Of a stretch of DNA of 64,000 nucleotides, positions 30,526 through 40,217 are shown piece after piece. Location: the IMG/VR virus record IMGVR_UViG_3300029305_002995, positions 47,158-111,157 of that record; one strand, given 5' to 3'. The position numbers were made by a program, and so were the translations under genes. Under the pieces are notes generated by a model, which ran no database searches, had not been told where the DNA came from, and saw nothing but the letters and a program-made list of their open reading frames with translations. The stretch comes from a virus. Taxonomy: Duplodnaviria > Caudoviricetes. The stretch's first letter is position 1. Every line of letters starts with the position of its first letter.

Positions 30526-30585
30526 TTCAATAAAAGTCAGCTTAGATTATTTGTGTGGAGCATTTATCTAAGCTGACGCAAATAT

Positions 30586-30659
30586 TGAGCATTAGTGTAA
30601 TGGTAGCACAACACACTTTGACTGTGTTCGAGGTGGTTCAAGTCCACCATGCTCAGCCA
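30586..30659 (+). tRNA. tRNA-Gln(TTG)
   Basis: ACACA-CTTTGAC-TGTGT; U1-A72; CCA. Confidence 0.93.
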
Positions 30660-30913
30660 ATAACATCTATCTTTCAGTAGCGACACCTCTTTCAGAAACA
30701 GGCTGAAAGCTGTACCTATTCGGGAAGGTGGCAGGAAGAAACCAGCTTTTTAATTTGATAGCAGTCTCCTATTTAATTGCTTTTGTGTTTTCAGTTGTGG
30801 TTATGTGGATATTGAGGTAGTGACACATAACCACAACGCACACACGATAATAGGACTTTAAATAAATAGGTTAGCGTGGTTGTTAAACCGCGCATTTCCC
30901 ATATATAAATTTT

Positions 30914-31570
30914 TTGGAAGGAATGGAACAAATGAATGTTACAGAAAACACGATGTTTGAACAACATTTAAATTCTGAATTTTATCCTAATACATTGATT
31001 AAGATGGTTAGTGTAGACGACACTGAAACACTATTGTCATACAGCACTTTAATTAATCATTTGTTTGCAAGTAAAGAAAAATCATTTGAAAATATTAAAC
31101 GTCTTGAAATCTATACTAAAGGCGATAATTTAGAAAAACTACTGTGTGGAATTGCTCCTTTATGGAAAGAGCATGAAAGCAAAGAACTATTTGAAAAATA
31201 TTATCGTTTAAGTGAAATGATGCGATGCTTGTACTGTAATCAATTTGAAGAAGATACTGGTGAACCTGCTTATATTTTCTTGGATATTGAAAATGAACCA
31301 GAAAAGTTAATTGCAACATGGCAAGGTAAACTTGTAGGACATGATGAAGAAAATAATGAATTATATGAAGATTCATTTAGCTATCGTCCTGCTACTATTG
31401 AAGAACGTGGTATTTTGGATTTAATTCAAGATATTGTTAAAGTAGAATTGCCAGAAAAATTTATTGTTGTACACGAAGATAATATTACTTTAGGTGGTTG
31501 TAAAAATCTATATAGTCATATTGCTGCTATTGGTTTCCCGCCTCATATTGTAAATATTAATGCAGAGTAA
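30914..31570 (+). CDS. Hypothetical protein
   Basis: ORF track. Confidence 0.7.
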   Translation: MEGMEQMNVTENTMFEQHLNSEFYPNTLIKMVSVDDTETLLSYSTLINHLFASKEKSFENIKRLEIYTKGDNLEKLLCGIAPLWKEHESKELFEKYYRLSEMMRCLYCNQFEEDTGEPAYIFLDIENEPEKLIATWQGKLVGHDEENNELYEDSFSYRPATIEERGILDLIQDIVKVELPEKFIVVHEDNITLGGCKNLYSHIAAIGFPPHIVNINAE

Positions 31571-31583
31571 GTGAGTTGGTTAA

Positions 31584-32114
31584 ATGGTTAAAACTATCGA
31601 AGGAAAAGTTAATAACTTGTTCGATTATAGTATGAATCTTGTTGTATGTCCTGTTGGATTAAATGGTTATAACCAAAAAGGATTTTCTGGTTACATAGGT
31701 CATAATTATCCACATATTGAAAAAGAATTATTGAAATATGTTGCCTATCGTCAAAAACATAATAAAGGACTTGTTTTCGGAACAAATCAATATGTTCCAA
31801 TAGATATTTGGTCTTTAATTATGTGTGATACTTTGAAAAACGAAACTATTTCTTGTTACGATACTAAATATTGCTATGTTGTTAATATGTTTTGCCAGAC
31901 TAAAAACAGCGAAGGGTTTAACGTAGACATGAAAGCAATTAAGACAGCTTTTATAGATGTTAAAACAAAGGCTGAAAAAGGTAATCATAAAAATATTGCC
32001 ATCCTCTATAGTAGACGAGAATACGGTGGTATTTCAATCCAAGAAGTAGTGACGATTGCGGAAAAGATATTTAATAATTCTAATCTTAATGTTACTGTAA
32101 TTCAGTGTGATTAA
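31584..32114 (+). CDS. Divergent macro-domain (Poa1/TARG1-like) protein
   Basis: IEG..NLF, YVVNMFCQ, IAI......GG.....V..I..F topology. Confidence 0.55.
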   Translation: MVKTIEGKVNNLFDYSMNLVVCPVGLNGYNQKGFSGYIGHNYPHIEKELLKYVAYRQKHNKGLVFGTNQYVPIDIWSLIMCDTLKNETISCYDTKYCYVVNMFCQTKNSEGFNVDMKAIKTAFIDVKTKAEKGNHKNIAILYSRREYGGISIQEVVTIAEKIFNNSNLNVTVIQCD

Positions 32115-32178
32115 GATATAGATAAATTCACGCTGACAGTTAGTTTTAATTGTCAGCGTTTTTTTGAAAGGTGTCAAA

Positions 32179-32775
32179 ATGGAAAAACAAAAAGAAGTAA
32201 AAAAACGTAAAAAAAGAAATGAATTATATAATGCTCCTTTAACCGATAATCAAAGAAAACTTGTTGAAGATAATTATAAATTAATTCAAGGTTATGCACG
32301 TTGGCGCAATATCAATCTTAGTGACTATCATGGTTTGTTAGCTATTGGTCTGTGTAATGCGGCAAAGTTATATAATCCAGAAAAAGGGTCTTTTTCTTCT
32401 ATCGCTTATTATTGTATGGACAATGAATTTGGACATTACAATACAAAAACAAAAACACAAAAACGTAATAATGGAGAATCAGATTGGTCATACAATAATA
32501 TAGACAAAAAGAGCGAAGAAGAATACATTAATATTCTTACAGATAAAACTTTCGATACTCTATGGATTGAAATGGAGTTGAAAGATACATTAGAAAAATT
32601 TATCCAATTATTCCCAAAACAAAGATACAGAGAAATTATTCAGTTACGTTGTTTAGGGTATAATTTGGACGAGATTGCCATTATGTACGGCTATAAAGAC
32701 AGAAGAAATATCGATTATTATATGAAAGAGATTAGAAAAAAATGGCGTGAATATCGTTCAAAAGATAGTAAATAA
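32179..32775 (+). CDS. Sigma-70 family sigma factor
   Basis: LVEDNYKLI...IGLCNAAKLYNPEKGSFSSIAY (region 2); GYNLDEIA (region 4). Confidence 0.8.
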   Translation: MEKQKEVKKRKKRNELYNAPLTDNQRKLVEDNYKLIQGYARWRNINLSDYHGLLAIGLCNAAKLYNPEKGSFSSIAYYCMDNEFGHYNTKTKTQKRNNGESDWSYNNIDKKSEEEYINILTDKTFDTLWIEMELKDTLEKFIQLFPKQRYREIIQLRCLGYNLDEIAIMYGYKDRRNIDYYMKEIRKKWREYRSKDSK

Positions 32776-32850
32776 CATAATAAAACTATTGACATATATG
32801 GATAAATATGATATACTATATATAGTTAGTAAGGTTATATGTTATTATGA

Positions 32851-33189
32851 TTGGGGTCAACAATGAAAAAATATTTGTTAAAATGTATTATGTGTGGTTT
32901 GTTGATTGGATTAACTGTAATTGTAATCGAACACTGTTCAATTACAAAGGATAGGTTAACTAACAATACTTTTTCTTCTTTTGAAGAAAGTAAGGTTGTA
33001 ACTCATATCCCTAAACAAACAACTTCTATTGAGTCCGTTAGTTTTGCTGTTAATGGATTGGTTTATGACAATAAAACACAGTTTTTATATGAAGTGTACG
33101 AATTGGAGCAAGGGTTAATCTATAAACCATATATTCAAAATAATCATTTTTGCAGATATGTAGATGAAAAGATAATTGAGGTTGTGTAA
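32851..33189 (+). CDS. Membrane-anchored hypothetical protein
   Basis: N-terminal hydrophobic helix. Confidence 0.6.
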   Translation: MGSTMKKYLLKCIMCGLLIGLTVIVIEHCSITKDRLTNNTFSSFEESKVVTHIPKQTTSIESVSFAVNGLVYDNKTQFLYEVYELEQGLIYKPYIQNNHFCRYVDEKIIEVV

Positions 33190-33190
33190 A

Positions 33191-34345
33191 ATGGTCGTTA
33201 GAAAAGAGAGACAATTTTTGTGCTTCTACCTTGATGATGGTTCTGTAGTTAAATATGATTTTGCTCAACGTCGTTGCATTGGTAAAAGTGGTCGTGTAGT
33301 AAATCAATTAAATGGTCAATTAAAAGGAATTACGATTACTGACGTTATTAGTAGTTGTGAAGATGTGAATTATGGTAGATTTTTGGAATTTCTACAAAGA
33401 AGCCATTATGGTGGCGGTATTAGTAATATCGGTTCAATCTTAAAAGAAGTAAATAATTTTGCAAATTACGAACAATTATTTTCTGCTGGTATTGGTCTGC
33501 AAATTATTAAAGATGCCAATAACAGATTTTTCAAATATTCTATTAATGAAATTCCAAAAGCATTAATTAAATTGTTAAAAGAATATCCAGAGATTAAATT
33601 AGATAATTATTTTTTGGATTTTTTTAAACAACATCAAGACAATACTCTATCCGCTTATAATCAAGAATATATTAGTTTGACAAAAGAAGATATTACATTA
33701 ATTCTTAAAAGTGGCTATTCTCAGAATTACTATTCATCAACAAGTCCAAGAATTTTCTATGTTAATCTGTTTTTAGATTTTGGATATACAATCAAGGGTT
33801 TAATGAATTACATGGATTATTTAAAAACCTTTGAAGGATTAGATGATATGCTATGGAATATCAGAGAAATATATGACTACGCAAGATTAATGAATATGCT
33901 AAGTCTTAAATTCGACAAATATCCACGACATTTTTTAACTACACATAAAATTGCTTCACGAAATTATAATCGTATGAAACAGTATTATGATGAAAAACAG
34001 TTTGAAAAAAGAATTGACAAGAGATTAGAACGTACATTTGGTGAATATCGATTCTATTATCCAGAAAGTACACAAGCTATCAAAGACGAAGCTGCTTCAA
34101 TGAACAATTGTGTTGCATCGTATATTGACAAGGTAATTAAAGGTGAATGTCATATTCTATTTTTACGCTATAAAGAAAAACCAGACGAAAGCCTTGTAAC
34201 TATTGAATTGAGGAATAACCGTATAGTACAGGCACTTCAAAAGTACAATCATCCATTAACCGCAGAGCAAAGAGAGGTTGTGGATAGATATAATAAATGG
34301 CTTGAAAATAAAGCTAAAGGACAAAATGAAAGCGAGGACGAATAA
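33191..34345 (+). CDS. PcfJ-domain protein
   Basis: EAASMNNCVASY...ILFLR...LVTIE. Confidence 0.8.
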   Translation: MVVRKERQFLCFYLDDGSVVKYDFAQRRCIGKSGRVVNQLNGQLKGITITDVISSCEDVNYGRFLEFLQRSHYGGGISNIGSILKEVNNFANYEQLFSAGIGLQIIKDANNRFFKYSINEIPKALIKLLKEYPEIKLDNYFLDFFKQHQDNTLSAYNQEYISLTKEDITLILKSGYSQNYYSSTSPRIFYVNLFLDFGYTIKGLMNYMDYLKTFEGLDDMLWNIREIYDYARLMNMLSLKFDKYPRHFLTTHKIASRNYNRMKQYYDEKQFEKRIDKRLERTFGEYRFYYPESTQAIKDEAASMNNCVASYIDKVIKGECHILFLRYKEKPDESLVTIELRNNRIVQALQKYNHPLTAEQREVVDRYNKWLENKAKGQNESEDE

Positions 34346-34981
34346 ATGAACTCTATGAATCTTAAACAAGGCGATTTAATTGAACTGACTGTTGATATGG
34401 GTATGGTTACAGCAGGTCAAATTTGCGAAGTAGTAAACGTATCTGATGCAGGTGTTGTTTCTTTCCAGTGCGATAAAGGTTTTGGTGTGGTGTCTGATGA
34501 TGAAGTACAGAAATACTTCAAACGATATGAAAAACCAGTTGAACCAGAAACTTATTCTGTAGATGGTGAATTTGTTGATGATATTCTGAGAGGTGCAAAC
34601 ATTCAGATTATTACTGTGTTTAATAAATGTACCATTGTAGCTTGTCAGTTGGAAAATGGTTATGTGATTGTTGAGTCTTGTTCTTGTGTTGACCCACGAA
34701 ATTATTCTGTAGAAGTTGGTATTGAGGAATGTATGAAAAAAATTGTAGATAAAGTTTACGAACTTGAAGCATACGTTCTTTCCGAAGAATTAATTGAAGA
34801 AGATGAAAAATATGCAAATATGATTGAACAGGTCAAGGATAATTATGTTGAAGTTAATGGAACTGTAGAATTTGAAGATTGTCCATGTTGTTGCGAATGT
34901 CCTTGCTGTGGCTGCGAAGCAGACAATTGTGATAATTGTGACTGTGAACCAAATGCCGATTGCGACTGGTGTAATAAATAG
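34346..34981 (+). CDS. Phage Gp49-like domain protein with Cys-rich tail
   Basis: TIVACQLENGYVIVESCSCVDPRNYSVEVG; C-terminal CPCCCECPCCGC. Confidence 0.7.
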   Translation: MNSMNLKQGDLIELTVDMGMVTAGQICEVVNVSDAGVVSFQCDKGFGVVSDDEVQKYFKRYEKPVEPETYSVDGEFVDDILRGANIQIITVFNKCTIVACQLENGYVIVESCSCVDPRNYSVEVGIEECMKKIVDKVYELEAYVLSEELIEEDEKYANMIEQVKDNYVEVNGTVEFEDCPCCCECPCCGCEADNCDNCDCEPNADCDWCNK

Positions 34982-35060
34982 TTTAAGAAAGTAAAGTTAT
35001 AATGGGGAGTTTGTATTAAACTCCCCTACTTCATAAAAACTAATTTTATGGGTGATTTAA

Positions 35061-35246
35061 ATGGCTCAGAAACCTAATAAATGTGTAAATTGTGGGGTGC
35101 ATCCTCAGTGGCATGGTGCAGATTATAATATTGTTTTTGAAGATGCAATGGCTACGGCATTAGTGTGTCCTTACTGCCAAAAACGTACTCAATGGCATAA
35201 AACCATTGAAGAAGTGGAAAAAGAATGGAATGAAATCAATGTTTAA
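35061..35246 (+). CDS. Lar-like zinc-ribbon protein
   Basis: CVNCG...CPYC...WN. Confidence 0.5.
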   Translation: MAQKPNKCVNCGVHPQWHGADYNIVFEDAMATALVCPYCQKRTQWHKTIEEVEKEWNEINV

Positions 35247-35387
35247 TAATCTACAAAAGTTCTTTGCAACTATTTTTAATTTAAGTGTAATTAAACAGTC
35301 TTTTTTTGTTATGTTGGTTGTTTTGTTAATACTGGTACTTTTGTGGTTAAAGCATTGTTGGAGCAAATATTTTGAAGGTGATAACTA

Positions 35388-35609
35388 ATGGAACAATGTA
35401 AATATAGGCTACCTTGCGGTTATTGCGAAAGAATCAACAACCAGTGTAAACTTCTGACAAAAAATAGCAACAAGCAAAATGACAATAACTGTAATCATAG
35501 ATGGATGTTTTCACACGATAATCCAAGTGGTGGTTATATCTATGTGTGTGCAAATTGTGATTTAGTTTGTATTTTTCCAGAGAAAGTTCAGCAAATTATA
35601 AAGATGTAA
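35388..35609 (+). CDS. Small Cys-rich protein
   Basis: RLPCGYC, CANC. Confidence 0.6.
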   Translation: MEQCKYRLPCGYCERINNQCKLLTKNSNKQNDNNCNHRWMFSHDNPSGGYIYVCANCDLVCIFPEKVQQIIKM

Positions 35610-35624
35610 AGAGGTGATATTATA

Positions 35625-36155
35625 ATGATTAAATTTGTAGCTAAATATTTAAGCAAAACAGTCATCAGACTAATTGTGCCAGTTCTTTGCTTGAGTATTG
35701 GTATTGGTGTGTTTTGGGCAGGAACAAAAGCGAGAGTAGAAAATTATGAAAAAAATCTTAACGCCGCATTGACTTCTGCTGAAATTCAGACCAAAGCAAA
35801 ACAACAATTGCTCGGAAAATTAAATGTTCTGATTAAAGAGTTGGATAAACAGGAATACGAAACAATTGAAGAAATCATTGAGGTTGCTCAAATTACTGAT
35901 GCTGATTTCAAAGAAATCAAAAATGTTGTAGATGCCGTTGTAGATAATTATCCAGAATTAGCTAATATGGAAGAATATCAAGTATTAACTAATGATTTAC
36001 TTTCCGTTGAAGAAAAACTGGATTATGTTGAAGCTAATTACGAAAATTGGTTAGTGTATTATAAAGAGTTTACTTCTAATCCACTTAGAAAATTTGCTTT
36101 AAAAACACTTGGTTATGAAGTAGTTGAATTTGAAGATACTGTAAAAGGAGATTAA
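35625..36155 (+). CDS. lemA: LemA-family protein
   Basis: N-terminal TM; VVDNYPELAN.EY..L..DL..VEEK. Confidence 0.7.
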   Translation: MIKFVAKYLSKTVIRLIVPVLCLSIGIGVFWAGTKARVENYEKNLNAALTSAEIQTKAKQQLLGKLNVLIKELDKQEYETIEEIIEVAQITDADFKEIKNVVDAVVDNYPELANMEEYQVLTNDLLSVEEKLDYVEANYENWLVYYKEFTSNPLRKFALKTLGYEVVEFEDTVKGD

Positions 36156-36160
36156 CTGTT

Positions 36161-36664
36161 ATGATGATTACTAAAGGTGAAAGAATTGTACTGAAAAAGA
36201 TTTTTGGCTCACTTAATGCCGTTGGTGAAGTATATGAAGTTGCACACTTCACCGAAGATTCTGTAGTTATCAGAACTTCTAATACTAAAATCGCAGTAGC
36301 TTCTATTAGCTTTAAAGATTTTGATGAATACTTTATTCGTGAAGCTGTAGATACTTCTTGGAGCAAATGGATTACCGTTGGCGAAGCAAATAATTTAATC
36401 GGTTATTACAAAACCAATGGCAAGAAAGTGGTATTCAAAACTGTTGCAGGTATCAAAGCAATGGCTACCTGTTGCAAAGAAGATACTTTCAATCTTGGTA
36501 CTGGCGTTATGCTTGCTTATCAGCGTTGTTTGCTGAAAGAAATGAAAATGAAACGTCAAGAGATTCTTAAAAAGATTGACGATGATTATAAAGCTTTACA
36601 TAGTGTTGAATCTGAAATTAAAGAACAGAAAGATATGCTTAAACGTATGTTGAGAGGTGCTTAA
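36161..36664 (+). CDS. Hypothetical protein
   Basis: ORF track; A.C..ED.F.L..G motif. Confidence 0.7.
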   Translation: MMITKGERIVLKKIFGSLNAVGEVYEVAHFTEDSVVIRTSNTKIAVASISFKDFDEYFIREAVDTSWSKWITVGEANNLIGYYKTNGKKVVFKTVAGIKAMATCCKEDTFNLGTGVMLAYQRCLLKEMKMKRQEILKKIDDDYKALHSVESEIKEQKDMLKRMLRGA

Positions 36665-36665
36665 T

Positions 36666-37868
36666 ATGGCAATCTATTTAGATAATGCCGCAACTACTCC
36701 AATTGACCCTCGAATTTTAGAAGTTATGCTACCCTATTTAACAAACAAGTGGTATAATCCTTCTTCTTTATATAGCAAATCCGTTCAGATTCAAGAAGAT
36801 GTAGAATTAGCAAGACAAACTGTTTTAGATTGTATTGGTGGTACAGGCAAAGGACAGATTTACTTTACTTCTGGAGGAAGTGAAGCAAATTGTATGGCAA
36901 TTCAAGGTTTCAGAAAACAATGTATTGCTGATTATTATTTTCCTGTAATTATTAAATCTACTATAGAACATAAATCTATTGTAGATTGTGTGGAAGATAG
37001 TCAACACAATCATTATCTTGCACCTGTTGACGAAGAAGGTTTTGTTAATATTGACGTTTTGGAAAATATTATTTCAAGCATACTTGAATCAAATGCAGAT
37101 AATGAATTGATTCCTCAAAAAATTCTTGTGTCTATTCAAATGGCTAATAATGAAATTGGTACTATTCAAAATATTCGTGCTATTTCTCAGATGGTACATA
37201 AATATAAAGATGTAGTTCTTCATGTCGATGCAGTACAGGCATTAGGGCATATTCCTATTGACGTTAAATATTTGGGAATCGATATGCTTTCTGCAAGTGG
37301 TCATAAAATTGGTTGTCCTAAAGGCATTGGCTTTTTATATGTAAAAAATAGAATCAAAATTAAACCAATCATTTATGGTAGTCAAATGGATGGTATGCGT
37401 GGTGGAACTGAAAATGTTCCTTATATTATTGGTATGGCAAAAGCTATTAAGCTCTGCAAGAATAACATGATTAAAAATGAAGCACGTTTAACCACTGTAA
37501 GAGATTACTTGATTACTTTGTTAGAAGATAAATTTGGTTGTAAAGTAAATGGTAGCAAAGTTGCAAGGCTATCTAACAATATTAATGTTACTTTTCCGCA
37601 TAAATACATGACAGGCGAATCTTTGTTGTATGCTTTAGACACCGCAGGTATTTATGTTGGAACTGGTTCTTCTTGTAATAGTCATAGTGTTAAACCATCT
37701 TATGTATTAAAGGCAATTGGTTTAACAGATGAAGAATGTGCAAGAACTATCCGTATCACTTTGTCTGCTGATACCACAATTGACGATGCAAATAAAGTGG
37801 GATTAGAAATCAGAAAAGCGTTACGAATTATGGAAAAATGTGCAGGTGAAAGTTTAGATGAACTTTAA
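36666..37868 (+). CDS. iscS: Cysteine desulfurase (IscS/NifS family)
   Basis: IYLDNAATT, FTSGGSEAN, HVDAVQ, SGHK (PLP lysine), GSSC. Confidence 0.93.
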   Translation: MAIYLDNAATTPIDPRILEVMLPYLTNKWYNPSSLYSKSVQIQEDVELARQTVLDCIGGTGKGQIYFTSGGSEANCMAIQGFRKQCIADYYFPVIIKSTIEHKSIVDCVEDSQHNHYLAPVDEEGFVNIDVLENIISSILESNADNELIPQKILVSIQMANNEIGTIQNIRAISQMVHKYKDVVLHVDAVQALGHIPIDVKYLGIDMLSASGHKIGCPKGIGFLYVKNRIKIKPIIYGSQMDGMRGGTENVPYIIGMAKAIKLCKNNMIKNEARLTTVRDYLITLLEDKFGCKVNGSKVARLSNNINVTFPHKYMTGESLLYALDTAGIYVGTGSSCNSHSVKPSYVLKAIGLTDEECARTIRITLSADTTIDDANKVGLEIRKALRIMEKCAGESLDEL

Positions 37869-38205
37869 ATATGTTAGAAATAAAGCTGAATATTTGTTAT
37901 TTGTAGAACAAAGAAAATCCAGTTTTGACTATTTACATGATTGGGAAGATTTCTTTGGTATTCGATATTATCAAGATAGCGAACATTTAGCTGATATTAC
38001 TGTTTGTCCACCAGACTATCCAGCTTTTATTTATTGCAATTTTATTGATACAAAACCCAAATTCCCTGTTAGAAGCATCGACTTTCTACCTGTTAGTCAG
38101 ATTATAAATAGTAAATATAAAAATTGGTGTCATAATCTTAATATGGTTATCAATGATAATATTTTAGTAGATGGCGTTCAAACTTTAACCAATCAAAAAG
38201 AGTAA
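37858..38205 (+). CDS. Hypothetical protein
   Basis: ORF track. Confidence 0.6.
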   Translation: MNFKYVRNKAEYLLFVEQRKSSFDYLHDWEDFFGIRYYQDSEHLADITVCPPDYPAFIYCNFIDTKPKFPVRSIDFLPVSQIINSKYKNWCHNLNMVINDNILVDGVQTLTNQKE

Positions 38206-38253
38206 AAGTTTAATAAATTCGGTACGAATAATTAGATATTTTAGAGGTGTAAT

Positions 38254-38760
38254 ATGAAAATAACAGCTGAATATAAAGGAAAGCAAGTGACGTTTGATGT
38301 TCCAGACGAAACGCTGGACAAACTAATCGAAGAGCCGAAGAAAAAGACTGGTTGGGAGAAGCCAGTATGGGGGCAAACCTACTGGTTTATCGATGAGCTT
38401 GGAGAAGTCGAGGGCAAGGATTGGAAAGACGATGAATTAGACGAGAAGAGATACGCTTGTGGTAACTGCTTCACCTCTAAGGAACTCGCTGAAAACATCG
38501 CTCGTTACCAGTCACTTGACCTCAGAATCAGACGCAGAATCGCTGAAATTTGTGAGCCTGTGGATTGGAAGAGTAGGACGTGGAAATCTGACATTGTGTA
38601 TATCCACGAAGAAGGTAGACTTGTTTGTGGAGATACGATGACCGCCCAATCTGCATCGTGGTGCTGCGACACTAAAGAACACGCTAAACAAATCATCGAA
38701 GAATTCAAAGACGAACTGACTTGGTACTTTACCGAATTCAAAGACAGGATGGATGGATAG
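38254..38760 (+). CDS. Hypothetical phage protein with atypically high GC
   Basis: GNCFTSKE motif; C/G-ending codons are frequent. Confidence 0.75.
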   Translation: MKITAEYKGKQVTFDVPDETLDKLIEEPKKKTGWEKPVWGQTYWFIDELGEVEGKDWKDDELDEKRYACGNCFTSKELAENIARYQSLDLRIRRRIAEICEPVDWKSRTWKSDIVYIHEEGRLVCGDTMTAQSASWCCDTKEHAKQIIEEFKDELTWYFTEFKDRMDG

Positions 38761-38880
38761 TATGAAACTAATTATAGTTTTTGCAAGTATCGCTTTAGCA
38801 GTAGCTTGTTTTTCTTGCATTATAGATGATTGTATTGATATGATTATCGATTTTGTAAAGGAAATCAGAAAGGATAAATA

Positions 38881-39579
38881 ATGAAAACGTCTGAATTATT
38901 TAAAACAGAATTAGATTATATTAAAATTGACATTTTAAAAGAGATTACAAAACGTACTTTAGATGATGCACCATCTTGTTTTAAGGTTATTCCTGCTTCA
39001 AGTAGCGGAAAATATCATCCAATGTATGCTATTAAACGTGGTAGTGAATTTAATGGTTTGGTAGACGCAGGTGGATTAGTTTTACATACAAAAGCTGCTG
39101 TAAATATTGCTCATAGTGTTATGCAAACTAAGTATTTTGACGATGTTTTATACAATTTCTTTAATAGAGCAGTTAGTTTAGATGGTATTGCAAAAGTTAA
39201 AGCAGTGTATATGGATATTGTTTATGCTGCTTTACTCTGTCACGATACACAGAAACCAGATGATACTCCACAACACAACACTCGTTTCGACCATCCTATT
39301 GAAGCTGTAAAAGCATGGCTTAAAAATGCAAACATAGTATTGGATGAATATTATCCTTTGGGTTCTTCTGAAAAAGAACGTAAAAGAATTGACCTTGTAA
39401 ATGTTGTAGCGCGTTGTATTGGTAGTCACATGGGCGAATGGAATAAATCTAATTATTCTGATGTTGTGTTGCCTACTCCTGCTGATTCGCTTGCTCAGTT
39501 TGTTCATCTGTGTGACTTCCTCGCTTCAAGACGATTTTTAGAATTTGACTTTAGAGCATTTGCAGAAGTAGGTAGATAA
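38881..39579 (+). CDS. HD-domain phosphohydrolase
   Basis: PASSSGKYHP, GGLVLHT, LCHD, SHMG, HLCD. Confidence 0.85.
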   Translation: MKTSELFKTELDYIKIDILKEITKRTLDDAPSCFKVIPASSSGKYHPMYAIKRGSEFNGLVDAGGLVLHTKAAVNIAHSVMQTKYFDDVLYNFFNRAVSLDGIAKVKAVYMDIVYAALLCHDTQKPDDTPQHNTRFDHPIEAVKAWLKNANIVLDEYYPLGSSEKERKRIDLVNVVARCIGSHMGEWNKSNYSDVVLPTPADSLAQFVHLCDFLASRRFLEFDFRAFAEVGR

Positions 39580-39749
39580 TATGAATAAGTATTTACTATT
39601 ATGGTTTATTGGAAATATTCTATTAATCATAGGTTGTATAATGTTATTCCAGAGTGTTGAGTTTTTCTTTACTGCTACAACCACTTATTTCTGTTTATGT
39701 ATCGGTATGTTATGTTTGTGTATTGTGTTTTTCAAAGGATGTAAATGAT

Positions 39750-40190
39750 ATGTATTATAGAATCAAAAATGAAATCAAAGAAGCCATGAAAAATAAAGAT
39801 AATCTTAAAAAGGACTGTCTTAGAATGGTTTTGGATAGAGCAAAAAATATTTTAAAAGAAAAGAATCCATTGGATGTTCCAGAAGTGATTCCGAATGAAA
39901 TTATTGAGCAATCTGTGCAAAAAGAGATTAAGCAATATAACCAAACTATTGATAGTTTGAAAGGCAATGAATTGTGTGATTTGTATAGCGAAACTCAGTA
40001 TAAAATGGGAATTTTATCCACCTATCTTCCTAAGATGATGACATCAGAAGAAGTAGACAGAGCAGTTTACAATATTCTTTCTGGTGGTGCTTATGATTCT
40101 CTTGGCTTAAAAATGAAAGCGTGTATGTCTGCATTAAAAGGTAAAGCAGATAATAAAGTTATTAAAACTGCTGTAGAGAAATACAAGTAG
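39750..40190 (+). CDS. GatB/YqeY domain protein
   Basis: IKEAMKNKD, YLPKMMT.EEV, LKGKADNK. Confidence 0.85.
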   Translation: MYYRIKNEIKEAMKNKDNLKKDCLRMVLDRAKNILKEKNPLDVPEVIPNEIIEQSVQKEIKQYNQTIDSLKGNELCDLYSETQYKMGILSTYLPKMMTSEEVDRAVYNILSGGAYDSLGLKMKACMSALKGKADNKVIKTAVEKYK

Positions 40191-40217
40191 TAAGTAAGGT
40201 TGTGAGGTGTTTGTATT

